Positions 1 through 11,589 of a DNA stretch of 64,000 nt are shown piece after piece (position 1 is the first letter of the stretch; each line of letters starts with the position of its first letter). The notes under the pieces are model-generated. The model was given only the letters and a program-made list of their open reading frames with translations, was not told the DNA's origin and ran no database searches. The stretch lies in assembly GCA_036149055.1 (NCBI GenBank), contig JAYZQJ010000268.1, positions 1-64,000 on the forward strand, written 5' to 3'. This DNA is from Myxococcota bacterium. GTDB lineage: Bacteria > Myxococcota_A > Polyangia > Polyangiales > Sandaracinaceae. Position numbers and translations under genes: made by a program.

Positions 1-160
1 GCCCGGGGGGCGGGCGGGGGGGGGGCGGCGGGCCGGGCGGGGCCGCCCCCCCCCACCCCCGTGCCCCTGCCCGTGCCCGTGCCCGTGCCCGCGGTGCAGC
101 TTCCGTTTCGGCGAGCCTCGCTCCTCCGAGCACCTCGCGGCCAGGGGCACGGGCACGGGG
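1..160. repeat. (CCCGTG)n hexamer tract with inverted (GGGCAC)n arm; REP-like intergenic element
   Basis: CCCGTG repeats at ~58-90 and complementary GGGCACGGGCACGGG at ~145-160. Bases 1-57 are almost pure G/C and may be low-quality sequence. Confidence 0.55.
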
Positions 161-178
161 CCTGGTAAGGCCGGCTGT

Positions 179-775
179 TCACGGAACGACGTCGAAGGCC
201 CTGCGGGCGAGCTCTCGGCCGTCGGGGTGACGCACCACCGCGTGCCAGCGACCGGGGGTGTAGACGTGCCGGGTGTAGGCCCAGGTCCGGAAGCGGGGCG
301 CGCCGGCGGGGACGTCGAGGGAGACGTGGCCCGCGCTCTCCCCGGCCTCCGGCTCGAAGGTCACCTCCAGCGCCGCGTCGTCACCGGTCTCGTTGACCGC
401 CTCGACGAAGGCGTAGAAGCGACGCGGGTCGCCGAGCACGAACGAGTCGCTCGCGCCGGTGGGCTCGTGGCCGGAGACCCCGGTGGCGACCACCAGGCGT
501 CGCACCCGGATGGGTCCGTCCGCGAGCTCAGGGGCGTAGGGATCCGGCGCGGGGAGCGCCTCGGGCGCGGGGGCCGGGTCGACGTGCACGTTGGTCACCG
601 GCGCCTCGAGCTGCGGCGAGGGGATGGTCTCGACCGGCGCCTCGGGCTCCGCCCGCGCATCGTCCACGGGCGCGTCTCCCGGGGACGACGCCCAGAGGGC
701 GAAGCCGACGACGAGGCCGATGGCGGTGAGCAGACCGGCGAGGCCGCCGGCGAGGAGCTTCAGGTTGGTCTTCAT
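179..775 (-). CDS. DUF2914-like membrane-anchored protein
   Basis: ATG at 775 after GGAGG; N-terminal TM helix, Pro-rich linker, C-terminal beta domain with RFRTWAY...GRWHAVV. Confidence 0.7.
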   Translation of the reverse strand: MKTNLKLLAGGLAGLLTAIGLVVGFALWASSPGDAPVDDARAEPEAPVETIPSPQLEAPVTNVHVDPAPAPEALPAPDPYAPELADGPIRVRRLVVATGVSGHEPTGASDSFVLGDPRRFYAFVEAVNETGDDAALEVTFEPEAGESAGHVSLDVPAGAPRFRTWAYTRHVYTPGRWHAVVRHPDGRELARRAFDVVP

Positions 776-800
776 GATTCCTCCGTTCGGCGAGACACGG

Positions 801-816
801 AGCACCCTCCGTGCCG
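801..816 (-). promoter_or_regulatory. putative sigma-54 promoter (-24/-12)
   Basis: Minus strand CGGCACG-GAGG-GTGCT with correct GG-N10-GC spacing, 25 bp upstream of the start at 775. Confidence 0.55.
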
Positions 817-916
817 TCGCCGCACCTCTTCGAAATCACGGAGGAAATTCATGGCGACCGCCCCACCGACGTGGCTCCCACGACGCGCCCCCGCGTCAGC
901 CCCGCCTCGATCCGCG

Positions 917-1216
917 TCAGACGCGCCGGAGATGCTGCGGCGACCGCTTCGGCACCCGCTCGATCAGGCCGCGCGCCTCGAGGTCGAGCTTGACCGTCGT
1001 CGTGTACCAGCCCACCGAAGCCCCCTCGAACACCTCGGACGGGAGGTGCGGCTTCACCCGCTCCGCGAGCCCCTGGAAGGGCACGCCCTCGTCGCCCGCC
1101 GGGATCACCGCGAGCAGCGCCGCCTTCATCGCCTCGTACTTGTCGCGCGCGATGGTGCCGTCGCTGCGCCCGGTGTTGACGTTCAAGATCTCCTGTCGCT
1201 CCGTGGTCATGCTCAT
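917..1216 (-). CDS. small winged-helix-like protein (DUF6958-like)
   Basis: WYTTTVKLDLEARGLIER motif; ATGA overlap with the SRPBCC stop codon. Confidence 0.7.
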   Translation of the reverse strand: MSMTTERQEILNVNTGRSDGTIARDKYEAMKAALLAVIPAGDEGVPFQGLAERVKPHLPSEVFEGASVGWYTTTVKLDLEARGLIERVPKRSPQHLRRV

Positions 1217-1737
1217 CCCCTCCGCTGAAAGCGCGCGGCGACGCGCGCGGTGATCCCCTCGAAGAGCGCGCCGAGCTTCGAGTGCTCGTGGGCGCAGCCC
1301 TCCGGCGCCGGCGCCGGCTCCCCCCGCGCGAGGCGGTCGAGCACCGCCGGCAAGAGCTCGCGGTACATCTTCGCGAAGCCGGCCTGGAGGATGAAGCTCG
1401 TCAGCACGCCCGAGACGCCCTCGAAGCCGGTCTGCTCGAAGTAGAGCTCGGTGCCCCCCGCGACCGGCGCGAGCGAGAAGGCGACCTCGGTGTCGACCTT
1501 CCCGCCGCGCCACGACCAGACCATGCGGTGCGGCGGCTCCATCTCCAGCACCTCGCAGTGCACGATGCCGTCGAAGCCCGGCGCCGGGTCGGTCCGGAAC
1601 TGGAACCGGTGCCCCACCCGGGGCTCGAAGTCGTTCGGCATCAGCCAGGCGGCGAGCGCCTCGCGCGAGGTGAGCGCGCGCCAGACGCGCTCGGGGGGAT
1701 GCGCGTAGTGCACGCGCTTTCGGATCGACCGCTTCAT
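1213..1737 (-). CDS. SRPBCC/AHSA1 domain protein
   Basis: PPERVWRALT..LAAWLMPNDFEPRVGHRFQF signature; coupled to the ArsR gene. Confidence 0.9.
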   Translation of the reverse strand: MKRSIRKRVHYAHPPERVWRALTSREALAAWLMPNDFEPRVGHRFQFRTDPAPGFDGIVHCEVLEMEPPHRMVWSWRGGKVDTEVAFSLAPVAGGTELYFEQTGFEGVSGVLTSFILQAGFAKMYRELLPAVLDRLARGEPAPAPEGCAHEHSKLGALFEGITARVAARFQRRG

Positions 1738-2054
1738 GCGTCCTCCTCCGTCTCGTCGAGGAAGCGGCCGAGGGCGTCGAGCTTCTCGTCCCAGAACCGC
1801 TCGTAGTGCTGGACCCAGTCGTAGACCTCCCGCAACGGGCCGGCCTCGACGCGGTAGAGCCGCCGCCGGCCGTCCTTGCGAGGGGCCACCAACCCCGCCT
1901 CCCGCAGCACCTTCAAGTGCTGGCTCATCGCGGGCTGGCTCATCGGGAAGGCGTCGGTGAGCTCGTTCACGCTCCGCTCCGACTGCGCGAGCAGATCGAG
2001 GATGCCGCGCCGCGTGGGGTCGCCGATCGCCTTGAACACCGAGGCCGAGCTCAT
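1734..2054 (-). CDS. ArsR/SmtB family transcriptional regulator
   Basis: FKAIGDPTRRGIL...SQPAMSQHLKVLREAGLV HTH; classic ArsR-SRPBCC pair. Confidence 0.92.
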   Translation of the reverse strand: MSSASVFKAIGDPTRRGILDLLAQSERSVNELTDAFPMSQPAMSQHLKVLREAGLVAPRKDGRRRLYRVEAGPLREVYDWVQHYERFWDEKLDALGRFLDETEEDA

Positions 2055-2066
2055 GCCTTCATTCAT

Positions 2067-2089
2067 ATAAGCATCTGCTTATGTGTCAA
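2067..2089 (-). promoter_or_regulatory. ArsR operator palindrome overlapping a sigma-70 promoter
   Basis: ATAAGCA-TC-TGCTTAT (2067-2082) next to TTGACA on the minus strand (2084-2089). Confidence 0.75.
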
Positions 2090-2118
2090 CCGGAAATCGA
2101 ACGGCGTAGTCTTCGGCC

Positions 2119-3090
2119 GTGACCCACTACGCCGCCGACCTGAAGGCCATCGAAGCCGCCCGAGAGCGGATCACCCCGCACGTGCACCGCACCCCGGTGA
2201 TGACCTGCGCGACCCTCGACCGCCGCGCGGGCAAGCGCCTCTTCTTCAAGTGCGAGAACCTCCAGCGCGGCGGCGCGTTCAAGGCCCGCGGCGCGCACAA
2301 CGCCATCTTCGCGCTGGCGGACGAGGAGGCGGCGCGCGGCGTGGTCACCCACTCGAGCGGCAACCACGCGCAGGCGGTCGCGATCGCGGCCCGAGCCCGC
2401 GGCGTGCCGGCGCACATCGTCATGCCCACGGACGCGCCCCGGGTGAAGCGCGCCGCGGTCGAGAGCTACGGGGCCACCGTGCATCCCTGCGAGCCGACGC
2501 TCGACGCCCGCACGGAGACCGCGGCGAAGGTCGTCGCCGAGACCGGCGGCACCCTGGTGCCCCCCTACGATCACCCCGACGTCATCGCCGGGCAGGGCAC
2601 CGTCGCCCTCGAGCTGCTCGAGCAGGTGCCGGACCTCGACGCGGTGCTCGTCCCCTGCGGCGGCGGCGGCCTCGTCTCGGGCATCGCGCTCGCGCTCCGG
2701 GAGAAGGCCCCCCACGTGAGGGTCTACGGCGTCGAGCCCACCGGCGCCGACGACGCGCACCGCGGCAAGCGCAGCGGCGAGCGGGTGCTTCGTCACACCC
2801 CGAAGACCCTCGCCGACGGCCTCAAGACCACCCTCGGCGACCTCACCTGGCCCGTCGTCCGCGACCTCGTCGAGGACATCTTCCTCGTCGACGACCTCCT
2901 GCTCGTCCCGGCGATGAAGCTCGTCTTCGAGCGCATGAAGCTCGTCGTCGAGCCCAGCGGCGCCATCGGCCTCGGCGCCGCCCTCGGCGCGACCTTCCGT
3001 GAGGTCGACGCCGAGCGCGTCGCCATCGTCTTCACCGGCGGAAACGTAGACCTCGACGCCCTCCCCTGGACCCGCGCCGCGAAGCGCTAG
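2119..3090 (+). CDS. PLP-dependent threonine/serine dehydratase (serine racemase-like)
   Basis: FKCENLQRGGAFKARGA PLP-lysine motif, SSGNHAQ, GGGGL loop; no ACT domain. Confidence 0.9.
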   Translation: MTHYAADLKAIEAARERITPHVHRTPVMTCATLDRRAGKRLFFKCENLQRGGAFKARGAHNAIFALADEEAARGVVTHSSGNHAQAVAIAARARGVPAHIVMPTDAPRVKRAAVESYGATVHPCEPTLDARTETAAKVVAETGGTLVPPYDHPDVIAGQGTVALELLEQVPDLDAVLVPCGGGGLVSGIALALREKAPHVRVYGVEPTGADDAHRGKRSGERVLRHTPKTLADGLKTTLGDLTWPVVRDLVEDIFLVDDLLLVPAMKLVFERMKLVVEPSGAIGLGAALGATFREVDAERVAIVFTGGNVDLDALPWTRAAKR

Positions 3091-3123
3091 ACGCGATCGT
3101 GGCGACCCGGTAGGTTCGCCGCG

Positions 3124-3843
3124 ATGAGATTCGCAGTCATGGGGGGCCTGCTTGGCCTGGTGCTACTCTCGTTGCCCGCTCAGGCGCTCGCGCAGGAGAA
3201 CCTGGAGGAGGCCCGGGCGACGTTCGAGCAGGCGGAGACCGAGTTCGAACGCGCCAACTATGCGCTCGCACTGCAGGGATTCCAGCGAAGCTACGAGTTG
3301 CTCGAAGGACATCCTCGCCGACCGCTGGTGCTCTACAACATCGGTCGGTGCTACGAGGAGCTCGGGCGCCATCGCGAAGCGCGCGACGCTTACCAGCGCT
3401 ATCTGGACGAGGCTGGTTCCGAGGCGCTCGAGAGGGAGGACACCGAGGCCCGCATCAGGGAGCTCGACACCCGCGTGACCATGGACGCATCGACTCCCGC
3501 AGAAGGGGGCGGCGACATCTCGCCGCTCGGTCCGGTCGTCATGGGTGTGGGCGGCGCCATGCTCGTCGCTGGCGCCGTGGTCGGCGGTCTCGCCCTGGCG
3601 TCCCGTGGCGACCTGACCGCGATGTGCGACTCGGCCATGCGGTGTCCAGCGGACAGCCGTGGTCTCGCCGACGAGGTCAGCGGACTCGCGCTGGCGACGG
3701 ACGTTCTCTTGTTCGGCGGGGCTGCCATCGCTGCCGCTGGGCTGGTCCTGACGCTCGTGCTGCAGGAGGATTCCGAGCGCCCGGCCGCGTCCGTTGCTTG
3801 CGCGGAGTCCGGGTGCGTCGCCCTCGTGCAAGGGTCGTTCTGA
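3124..3843 (+). CDS. secreted TPR protein with hydrophobic C-terminal region (myxobacterial TPR/PEGA-like)
   Basis: Signal peptide AQA; TPR LYNIGRCYEELG; C-terminal GSF. Confidence 0.75.
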   Translation: MRFAVMGGLLGLVLLSLPAQALAQENLEEARATFEQAETEFERANYALALQGFQRSYELLEGHPRRPLVLYNIGRCYEELGRHREARDAYQRYLDEAGSEALEREDTEARIRELDTRVTMDASTPAEGGGDISPLGPVVMGVGGAMLVAGAVVGGLALASRGDLTAMCDSAMRCPADSRGLADEVSGLALATDVLLFGGAAIAAAGLVLTLVLQEDSERPAASVACAESGCVALVQGSF

Positions 3844-4060
3844 TGAGCCACCTGTCGGTGATGTGCGTCGGGTGACTGCTGGGGCAACAACTCCCAACGG
3901 CCAACTCGGCGACGGAACGACCGAGATGCGCACCTCTCCGGTGCTCGCGCTGGCGGGACCCCAGTGGCGACACGCGGCGGTCGGGAGCGAGTGGCAGACC
4001 GGCGATGGAACCGTGCTGGTCGACCGGCCCGCGCCGACCCGCGTCGTCTGGCCGGAGTGA
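3843..4060 (+). pseudogene. RCC1-repeat gene remnant
   Basis: CWGNNS, one extra C, then NGQLGDGTTEMRTSPV; a second partial repeat QTGDGT..DRPAPTRV; coupled ATG at 3843 stops after 10 codons. Confidence 0.7.
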
Positions 4061-4122
4061 CCTGGCCTCTCCCCGGGCTGGGTCTAGCTGATCCCCGGCG
4101 ACCAGAAACCGAAGGAGAGTTC

Positions 4123-4938
4123 ATGGAGTACGTCGAAGTCCAGGGTGCGCGGGTCCCGAAGCTGGGGCTCGGGACGTGGCAGCTCGAAGGAGACGAGTGC
4201 CGGCGGATCGTCGAGGCCGCGATCGGGATGGGGTATCGGCACATCGACACCGCCCAGGCCTACGAGAACGAGGCGAAGGTGGGCGCCGCGATCGCGGCCT
4301 CCGGGGTGGACCGCGACGAGCTCTGGGTGACGACCAAGGTCTGGATGGACAACGCGGCCGCCGACGCGGTGGTGAAGTCGACGCACGACAGCCTGCGGCG
4401 GCTCGGGCTCGATCACGTCGACCTGCTCCTGATCCACTGGCCCTCGCAGGAGGTGCCGCTCAGCGAGACGCTCGGCGCGATGGAGAAGCTCGTGCGCTCG
4501 GGCGAGGCCCGCTACATCGGGGTCAGCAACTTCACGCCCTCGCTCCTCGAGGAGTCCCTCGAGCTCGCGGCGCTGCAGTGCGTGCAGGTGGAGCACCACC
4601 CGTACCTGGCCCAGGACCGGATCCGGCAGATGGCCGAGCGCCACGAGCTGATGCTCACCGCCTACAGCCCGCTCGCCCGCGGCGAGGTGAACGACGACGA
4701 CACGCTGAAGGCGATCGGCGAGGAGACCGGGAAGACGCCGGCGCAGGTCACCCTGCGGTGGCTCACCCAGCACCGCAACGTGGCCGCGATCCCGAAGTCG
4801 AGCTCCAAGGAGCACCTGAAGGCCAACCTCGAGGTGTTCGACTTCGAGCTCGACGCCGGCCAGGCCAACCGGATCGCCAAGCTCGCCGAGGGCAAGCGGC
4901 TGATCGATCCCGACTTCGCGCCCCAGTGGGAGCGCTGA
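4123..4938 (+). CDS. aldo/keto reductase
   Basis: LGLGTW, GYRHIDTAQAYENE, LLIHWP, IGVSNF, IPKSS motifs; GAAGGAG RBS. Confidence 0.95.
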   Translation: MEYVEVQGARVPKLGLGTWQLEGDECRRIVEAAIGMGYRHIDTAQAYENEAKVGAAIAASGVDRDELWVTTKVWMDNAAADAVVKSTHDSLRRLGLDHVDLLLIHWPSQEVPLSETLGAMEKLVRSGEARYIGVSNFTPSLLEESLELAALQCVQVEHHPYLAQDRIRQMAERHELMLTAYSPLARGEVNDDDTLKAIGEETGKTPAQVTLRWLTQHRNVAAIPKSSSKEHLKANLEVFDFELDAGQANRIAKLAEGKRLIDPDFAPQWER

Positions 4939-4959
4939 CCGGCGACGCGGCGCAGGCGA

Positions 4960-6648
4960 TCACTCCGGCTCGGTGACGACGAGGACCTGCCGGGCGGGCA
5001 CGTCTTCGAGCGCCGTGGTCCGCCCGCTCCGGGGCCAGAACACCTCGACCCGGGGCAGACGCTCGACGTCACCGAGGCCGAAGTGCGGGCGCCCGTCGGT
5101 ATGGCCGAGGAAGCCGCACCCGTTGCCCGCGACGCGCAGCTGGGGCGGCGCCGCCAGGTCCGTCCAGACGCGGACGACGGCGCCGACCCCGTCCCGGTTC
5201 TCGTGGGAGCCCACGGGGCGAACCACGAGCCAGCTCCTCCCCTCGGTCGCGTCGTTCCGCCAGAGCTGCGGCGCGGCGCGGTTGTGCGTGAAGAGCACGT
5301 CGAGGTCCCCGTCGAGATCGTAGTCGAAGGTCACGACGGCTCTGCTCATGCCGCGGTCCACGAGACCCAGCGCCTCCGCGACGTCCACGAAGCGGCCTCC
5401 GTCGTTGCGGAAGAGCCGGACGTTCTCGTCGTGGAAACCGGTCTCCTCGGGGGTCCCCATCGTCCCGTTCGCCTGGACCAGGTCGAGATCCCCGTCGTGG
5501 TCGAAGTCGAAGAACCGCGCTCCCCAGCCCCACCCCCCGTCGGCCACGCCAGCCTCGACCGCGACGTCGGTGAACCGCCGGTCGCCGTCGTTGCGGTAGA
5601 GGCGGTTGCCGGTGTGACCCCAGAAGCAGTCTCCCTCCGCCGCGCAGTCGTCGTCGTAGATGGAGCCCACGAAGAGGTCGAGGTCTCCATCGCCGTCGTA
5701 GTCGCCCAACGCCGAGCCCATGCCGTTCTCGTCCGTGCCCACGCCCGCCGCCTCGGTGCCGTCGACGAGGTCCGTCCCGTCCGCGCTCCAGAACAGGCGG
5801 GAGGAGCCGTAGTCGGCGGTCACGATCAGCTCGGGGTAGCGGTCCGCGTCGAGATCGGCGAAGTGCGCGGTGAAGCCCCAGGCGCCTCCCCGCGCCACGT
5901 CGAGGATGTCCACGCCGTAGGCCTCGGTGACGTCATCGAAGTACCCGGGGGCGCGGGCGCCGCGGTTGAGCAGGAGCGCGTTGTGGGAGCGCACCAGGTC
6001 TCGTCGCGGGGCGCGCCACTCGGTCGTGTAGAGATCGAGGTGCCCATCGAGGTCGACGTCGCCGAAGCAGAGGCTCATCGTCGCGTGGATCCAGCGCTCG
6101 TCCAGCTGCGCGGCCCCCCGGGAGGCGGCGCGCTCCTCGAAGCCGCCCCGGCCGTCGTTGATGAAGAGGTGGAACCGGTCGCCGCCCACCGTACCGACCA
6201 GGAGGTCGGGGTCACCATCCCCGTCGATGTCGGCGAACGCGGCGCCGTTGCTCGGGAGGTCGGCGTCCAGGCCCGGGACCGTCCGCTCGGTCCATCCGCC
6301 GGGCGTGTTGAAGAGCACGAGATCGGGCGCGTCGTGCCGCGTGAGATAGACGTCCTCGAGGCCATCTCCGTCCAGATCTCGCACCGCGACGCCGCCGGTG
6401 AAGAGCTGCGCGTTGCACGCAGCGATGTGGCCGAGCGTGCAGCGAGGTGGGTAGTCGGAGCGCCACTGCGGGGCGTCGTGCAGCGGCACCCGCACGAACG
6501 AAGTCCGCGGCGCCTCGACCCCGCCCCCGTCGGGCCGGGCGTCGGCCCCCGGCGCCGCTTCCCGTGTCTCTGGACCGGACGCTGGACCGGACGGAGGCGC
6601 ACACGCGGCCAGGAGCGAGGCCAGGGTGAGCGCGGTCCGGGCCGACAT
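4960..6648 (-). CDS. CRTAC1/ASPIC-UnbV family lipoprotein with FG-GAP (VCBS) repeats
   Basis: Lipobox LAAC; repeated DxDGDGDLDL; C-terminal ASPIC/UnbV (HFGLG..VEVFWP.SG). Confidence 0.88.
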   Translation of the reverse strand: MSARTALTLASLLAACAPPSGPASGPETREAAPGADARPDGGGVEAPRTSFVRVPLHDAPQWRSDYPPRCTLGHIAACNAQLFTGGVAVRDLDGDGLEDVYLTRHDAPDLVLFNTPGGWTERTVPGLDADLPSNGAAFADIDGDGDPDLLVGTVGGDRFHLFINDGRGGFEERAASRGAAQLDERWIHATMSLCFGDVDLDGHLDLYTTEWRAPRRDLVRSHNALLLNRGARAPGYFDDVTEAYGVDILDVARGGAWGFTAHFADLDADRYPELIVTADYGSSRLFWSADGTDLVDGTEAAGVGTDENGMGSALGDYDGDGDLDLFVGSIYDDDCAAEGDCFWGHTGNRLYRNDGDRRFTDVAVEAGVADGGWGWGARFFDFDHDGDLDLVQANGTMGTPEETGFHDENVRLFRNDGGRFVDVAEALGLVDRGMSRAVVTFDYDLDGDLDVLFTHNRAAPQLWRNDATEGRSWLVVRPVGSHENRDGVGAVVRVWTDLAAPPQLRVAGNGCGFLGHTDGRPHFGLGDVERLPRVEVFWPRSGRTTALEDVPARQVLVVTEPE

Positions 6649-6680
6649 CCGACGCATCATGCCGCAATCCGTGGAGGGCG

Positions 6681-6717
6681 AAAACGCGACGGGCCGACCC
6701 GAAGGCCGGCCCGTCTC
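6681..6717 (-). terminator. intrinsic terminator
   Basis: Minus strand GACGGGCCGGCC-TTCG-GGTCGGCCCGTC followed by GCGTTTT, just after the stop at 6734. Confidence 0.65.
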
Positions 6718-6733
6718 GGTCACCGAGGCTCGC

Positions 6734-9445
6734 TCAGAGGCGAGGGGTGAGCGTGAACGCGGTGGAGGCCGCCGGCGCGCCGAAGAGACCGATCTCCACC
6801 GAGGCGTCGGGGCTGACGATCCCGATGAAGCTCGGGTAGGAGGCCTCCGCCCCGTGGCCCGCGCCGTAGACGAAGTCGATCCGTCCACTGTCGTGCAGGA
6901 CCGCCTGGACCTCGACCGGCGAGGACTCCCCGAAGAAGTCGGGGTAGGTGGTGCCGCGCAGCTCGACCGTCAGGGTGGAGCCAGCGCGCTCGGTGCAGAC
7001 CGCGTCGAGGACGAGGTCACCGGCGAAGGGCGCGATCGCGTCCCCCTCTCCCGCCGGGTACGACGTCGCCCCGAACCCGCTCGTGCCGGAGTTGGCGGGC
7101 TTGAAGGAGATCCAGCCGTTGGTGGAGACGAAGAGCTCGGTCTTGGTCTCCCCGAAGAACGGGAAGCTCCCGCCGACGGCGACCGCGGTGCTGAACTCGT
7201 CGTCGCCGCTCACCGCGACGGTGCCCGCGCCACCCTCGCTGGGGCAGACGCTGACGAACGGGATCATGGCCGACGACTCGATGTACGGGGGCTCGATGGC
7301 CGTCACGCCGAGATCGAAGGTGCCGCCGGTGCCCCCGGCGTCGTTGACGCGGAACGCGGTGGCCGCGCTGGGCGCGGGGGTGGGGCGCTCGAACATCTCG
7401 CTCTCACCCGCGCCCGCTTCGTTGATGACGCTGTCCGTGCCGCCGCCGGGGATCTCGAGGACCTCCAGCTCGAGGTCGAGCGTGGCGTCGGCGGTGGTGG
7501 CCTCCACCTCCATCGTGTCGCCCGCGTTGAGCGAGCGGACGAGGTAGCGGTTGCTGCCCGACGCCGCGACCATCTCGCCGGCCTGCGCGAGCGGCATGGT
7601 CGGGTCCACCGTCCCGAGGTCGGTGAAGGTGACGTTCGACAGGGTGAGGTCGAAGCTCTCGTCCCCGTCGTGCGCGTCCGCGTCCGCGACGCCGACGAGG
7701 ATGGTGCCGGTCATGCCGAGCGGGATGCGCTCGAGCGTGTCGACGCCGTCGACGAGCCCGGAGAAGTCACCCGCGAGGCCACCGTCGAGCACGCCGAACT
7801 CGCCGATCGCGTAGCCCACGATCTCGACCTCGGTGAGGTTGGTGAGCCCGGAGGCCGCCAGCTCGACCCAGTCGGTGGTCGCCAGGTCGGCCGCGAAGAA
7901 CGAGCGGCTGTGGCTCGCGAGGCTGACCGAGGCGGTGCCGCCCGTCGCCAGCGGCGCCGGGGTCAGCGCGGTGGAGGCGAACTCCACGTCGTAGGTCGCG
8001 CCGTCCGTGCCGTCCTGGTTGAAGATGCCGAGGTAGTGCAACCCGGTGTCGGCGATCTGGATGTACGCCTCGCCGACGTCGCAGTCGTCGCACACGGACT
8101 GGCCGCTGCCCTCCGGGTCGAACACGACGACCTCGAGGAGGTCACCGGCAGGCTGCGTGAACTCGACGTGCACGACGTCGCCGGCGGTGGCCGGGAAGTA
8201 CACCCAGCTGCGCGCGGTGTCGGAGTGCGTGAGCGTCACGGCCGAGCCGTCGGTGGGCATGACCTGCGCGCCGGCGTCGACGATCTCGAGCTCGTAGCCG
8301 ACCGGGTCGACGCTGAGGTTGGAGACGTAGTCGACGACCCACATGACGGTCTGACCGTCGGAGGGCCCGAGCACGAGGCTGCCGGCCACGCCGCCGTCGC
8401 TCTCCGCGTTGGCGTCGAACGCGCCATCGATGAGCTGCACGAACGAGCTCACGGCGGCGCCGGAGTCTGCCGGCTCACCGGCTCCGTCCACCTCCCGCAG
8501 CTCCGGGAAGAGCAGCATGCCCTCGGTCGTGGTGAGGCTGTAGAACGCCGGCGCGCCGAGCTCGCCGCTGACCGTGTCGCCGGGCGCGATGGGCGTGGGC
8601 GTGGGCAGCGTCTCGACGGTGATCTGCGTGAAGTAGCACTGGCCGGTGCCGCCCGCGGGCTCGCCGAAGAAGAGCGACCGCGCGTCGGTCGCAGCGAGGA
8701 GGTAGAGGCCGGCCTCCGGCAGGAAGATCTGACGGGAGGCGCCGTCGCCGCTCAGGCTGGCGACCACGCGAGCCCAGCCGGCCTGGATGAGAGCCTCGGA
8801 CGTGCCCTGCACGAAGACCGCGGCCGAGACGCCGTCGAGGCCGTCCGCCTGCACGGTGAGCAGCGTGGGCTCGGTGACCTCGACCGCGAAGTGGTCGATG
8901 TCGGCGTCGGTCACGCCGTCGCCGTCGAAGTCCATCGGCTCGACGCAGCCGTAGATGGACGCGCCGCCGCTCGAGAGGTCGAGGATCTCGGGGATGTAGT
9001 CCTCGTTGAAGCCGACGTCGTTGGTCTCGGCGCCCTCGCGAGCGTCCGCCATGTCGGGCAGGAGCGAGTCGGCGGCGACACACGTCGAGGTCTCGGCGAC
9101 GTAGACGAGATCGCCTTCGCAGACGGCGTCGGGATCGGGCACGCAGGTGCCGGTGTCCATGTCGAAGATCGTGTTGTTCTGACAGATCACCGATCCGTCG
9201 GGCACGCACGAGGTGCCCATCGCCACGGTGCCGGCGCCACACTCGACGTCGGGCAGGCAGGAGCGGGTCGCCTCGTCGTACGAGGTGCCCGCGCCGCAGG
9301 CCGCCTCGGCGGGGACGCAGGAGCCCTCGACCTCGACGGTCCCGTCTCCGCACAGGAGAGTCGGACCACCGTCATCGCAGGCGTACAGGAGGAGCGCACA
9401 AACCGCAGGTGCGACAGCCAGTTTTCGCAAGCTTGTCTTGATCAT
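6734..9445 (-). CDS. large acidic surface lipoprotein (Cys-rich N-terminal repeats, PPC-like beta domains, C-terminal nidogen-like region)
   Basis: Lipobox LYAC; CGxGT..C repeats; GDD...FPFFG...VSTNGWISF..IAPF segment; GC3-rich frame. Confidence 0.75.
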   Translation of the reverse strand: MIKTSLRKLAVAPAVCALLLYACDDGGPTLLCGDGTVEVEGSCVPAEAACGAGTSYDEATRSCLPDVECGAGTVAMGTSCVPDGSVICQNNTIFDMDTGTCVPDPDAVCEGDLVYVAETSTCVAADSLLPDMADAREGAETNDVGFNEDYIPEILDLSSGGASIYGCVEPMDFDGDGVTDADIDHFAVEVTEPTLLTVQADGLDGVSAAVFVQGTSEALIQAGWARVVASLSGDGASRQIFLPEAGLYLLAATDARSLFFGEPAGGTGQCYFTQITVETLPTPTPIAPGDTVSGELGAPAFYSLTTTEGMLLFPELREVDGAGEPADSGAAVSSFVQLIDGAFDANAESDGGVAGSLVLGPSDGQTVMWVVDYVSNLSVDPVGYELEIVDAGAQVMPTDGSAVTLTHSDTARSWVYFPATAGDVVHVEFTQPAGDLLEVVVFDPEGSGQSVCDDCDVGEAYIQIADTGLHYLGIFNQDGTDGATYDVEFASTALTPAPLATGGTASVSLASHSRSFFAADLATTDWVELAASGLTNLTEVEIVGYAIGEFGVLDGGLAGDFSGLVDGVDTLERIPLGMTGTILVGVADADAHDGDESFDLTLSNVTFTDLGTVDPTMPLAQAGEMVAASGSNRYLVRSLNAGDTMEVEATTADATLDLELEVLEIPGGGTDSVINEAGAGESEMFERPTPAPSAATAFRVNDAGGTGGTFDLGVTAIEPPYIESSAMIPFVSVCPSEGGAGTVAVSGDDEFSTAVAVGGSFPFFGETKTELFVSTNGWISFKPANSGTSGFGATSYPAGEGDAIAPFAGDLVLDAVCTERAGSTLTVELRGTTYPDFFGESSPVEVQAVLHDSGRIDFVYGAGHGAEASYPSFIGIVSPDASVEIGLFGAPAASTAFTLTPRL

Positions 9446-9589
9446 GGCGGCGCAGCATCAGGATTTTCGCCGGTCGGTCAAGTCGAAGTCCCCGCTCGAC
9501 GACGGCCGCCGCTTCACCCCCTGGGCGAGAGGCGAGGACGACCCCACGCCCCCGGCGGGCGAAGCCGCCTCGGGAAGCCCCGACGGCCT

Positions 9590-11150
<1,561 letters not shown>

Positions 11151-11154
11151 GGCC

Positions 11155-11574
11155 ATGGCCGAAGCCGAGCTCCTCAGGCTCGAGATCGCGACCCCGGTGG
11201 GCCTCGCGCTCCAGACGGAGTGCGAGTCGATCGCCGCGCCCAGCGTGGAGGGCGAGTTCGGGGTCTACCCGGGCCACCTCCCGCTCCTCGCGGCGCTGCG
11301 CTCCGGCGTCGTGAAGTACGAGGTCGAGGGCCGCTCGCTGCTCGCGGCGGTGGGACCGGGCTTCGTCGAGGCGGGACCCGAGAAGGTCCTGCTCCTCACC
11401 GACGCCTTCGCCCTGCCCGAGCAGGTCGACGTCGAGTCGGTGCGCGCCGAGCTGGCGGAGGCCGAGGAGAAGCTCGACGGCCTCGACCCCGACGCGCCCC
11501 GCTCCGACATGGAAGAGCTGCAGCGCGAGATCGAGTGGGCGCACGCCCGCCTCGCGATCGCCACGCACGAGTGA
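11155..11574 (+). CDS. atpC: F0F1 ATP synthase subunit epsilon
   Basis: GEFGVYPGHLPLL motif; directly follows atpD. Confidence 0.95.
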   Translation: MAEAELLRLEIATPVGLALQTECESIAAPSVEGEFGVYPGHLPLLAALRSGVVKYEVEGRSLLAAVGPGFVEAGPEKVLLLTDAFALPEQVDVESVRAELAEAEEKLDGLDPDAPRSDMEELQREIEWAHARLAIATHE

Positions 11575-11589
11575 GATGGCCTGCCCCTC

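Noticed and set aside
1..57. G/C homopolymer run as a G-quadruplex or special element
   Set aside because: It sits at the window edge and looks like a degraded read of the adjacent hexamer repeat, so it may be an artefact.
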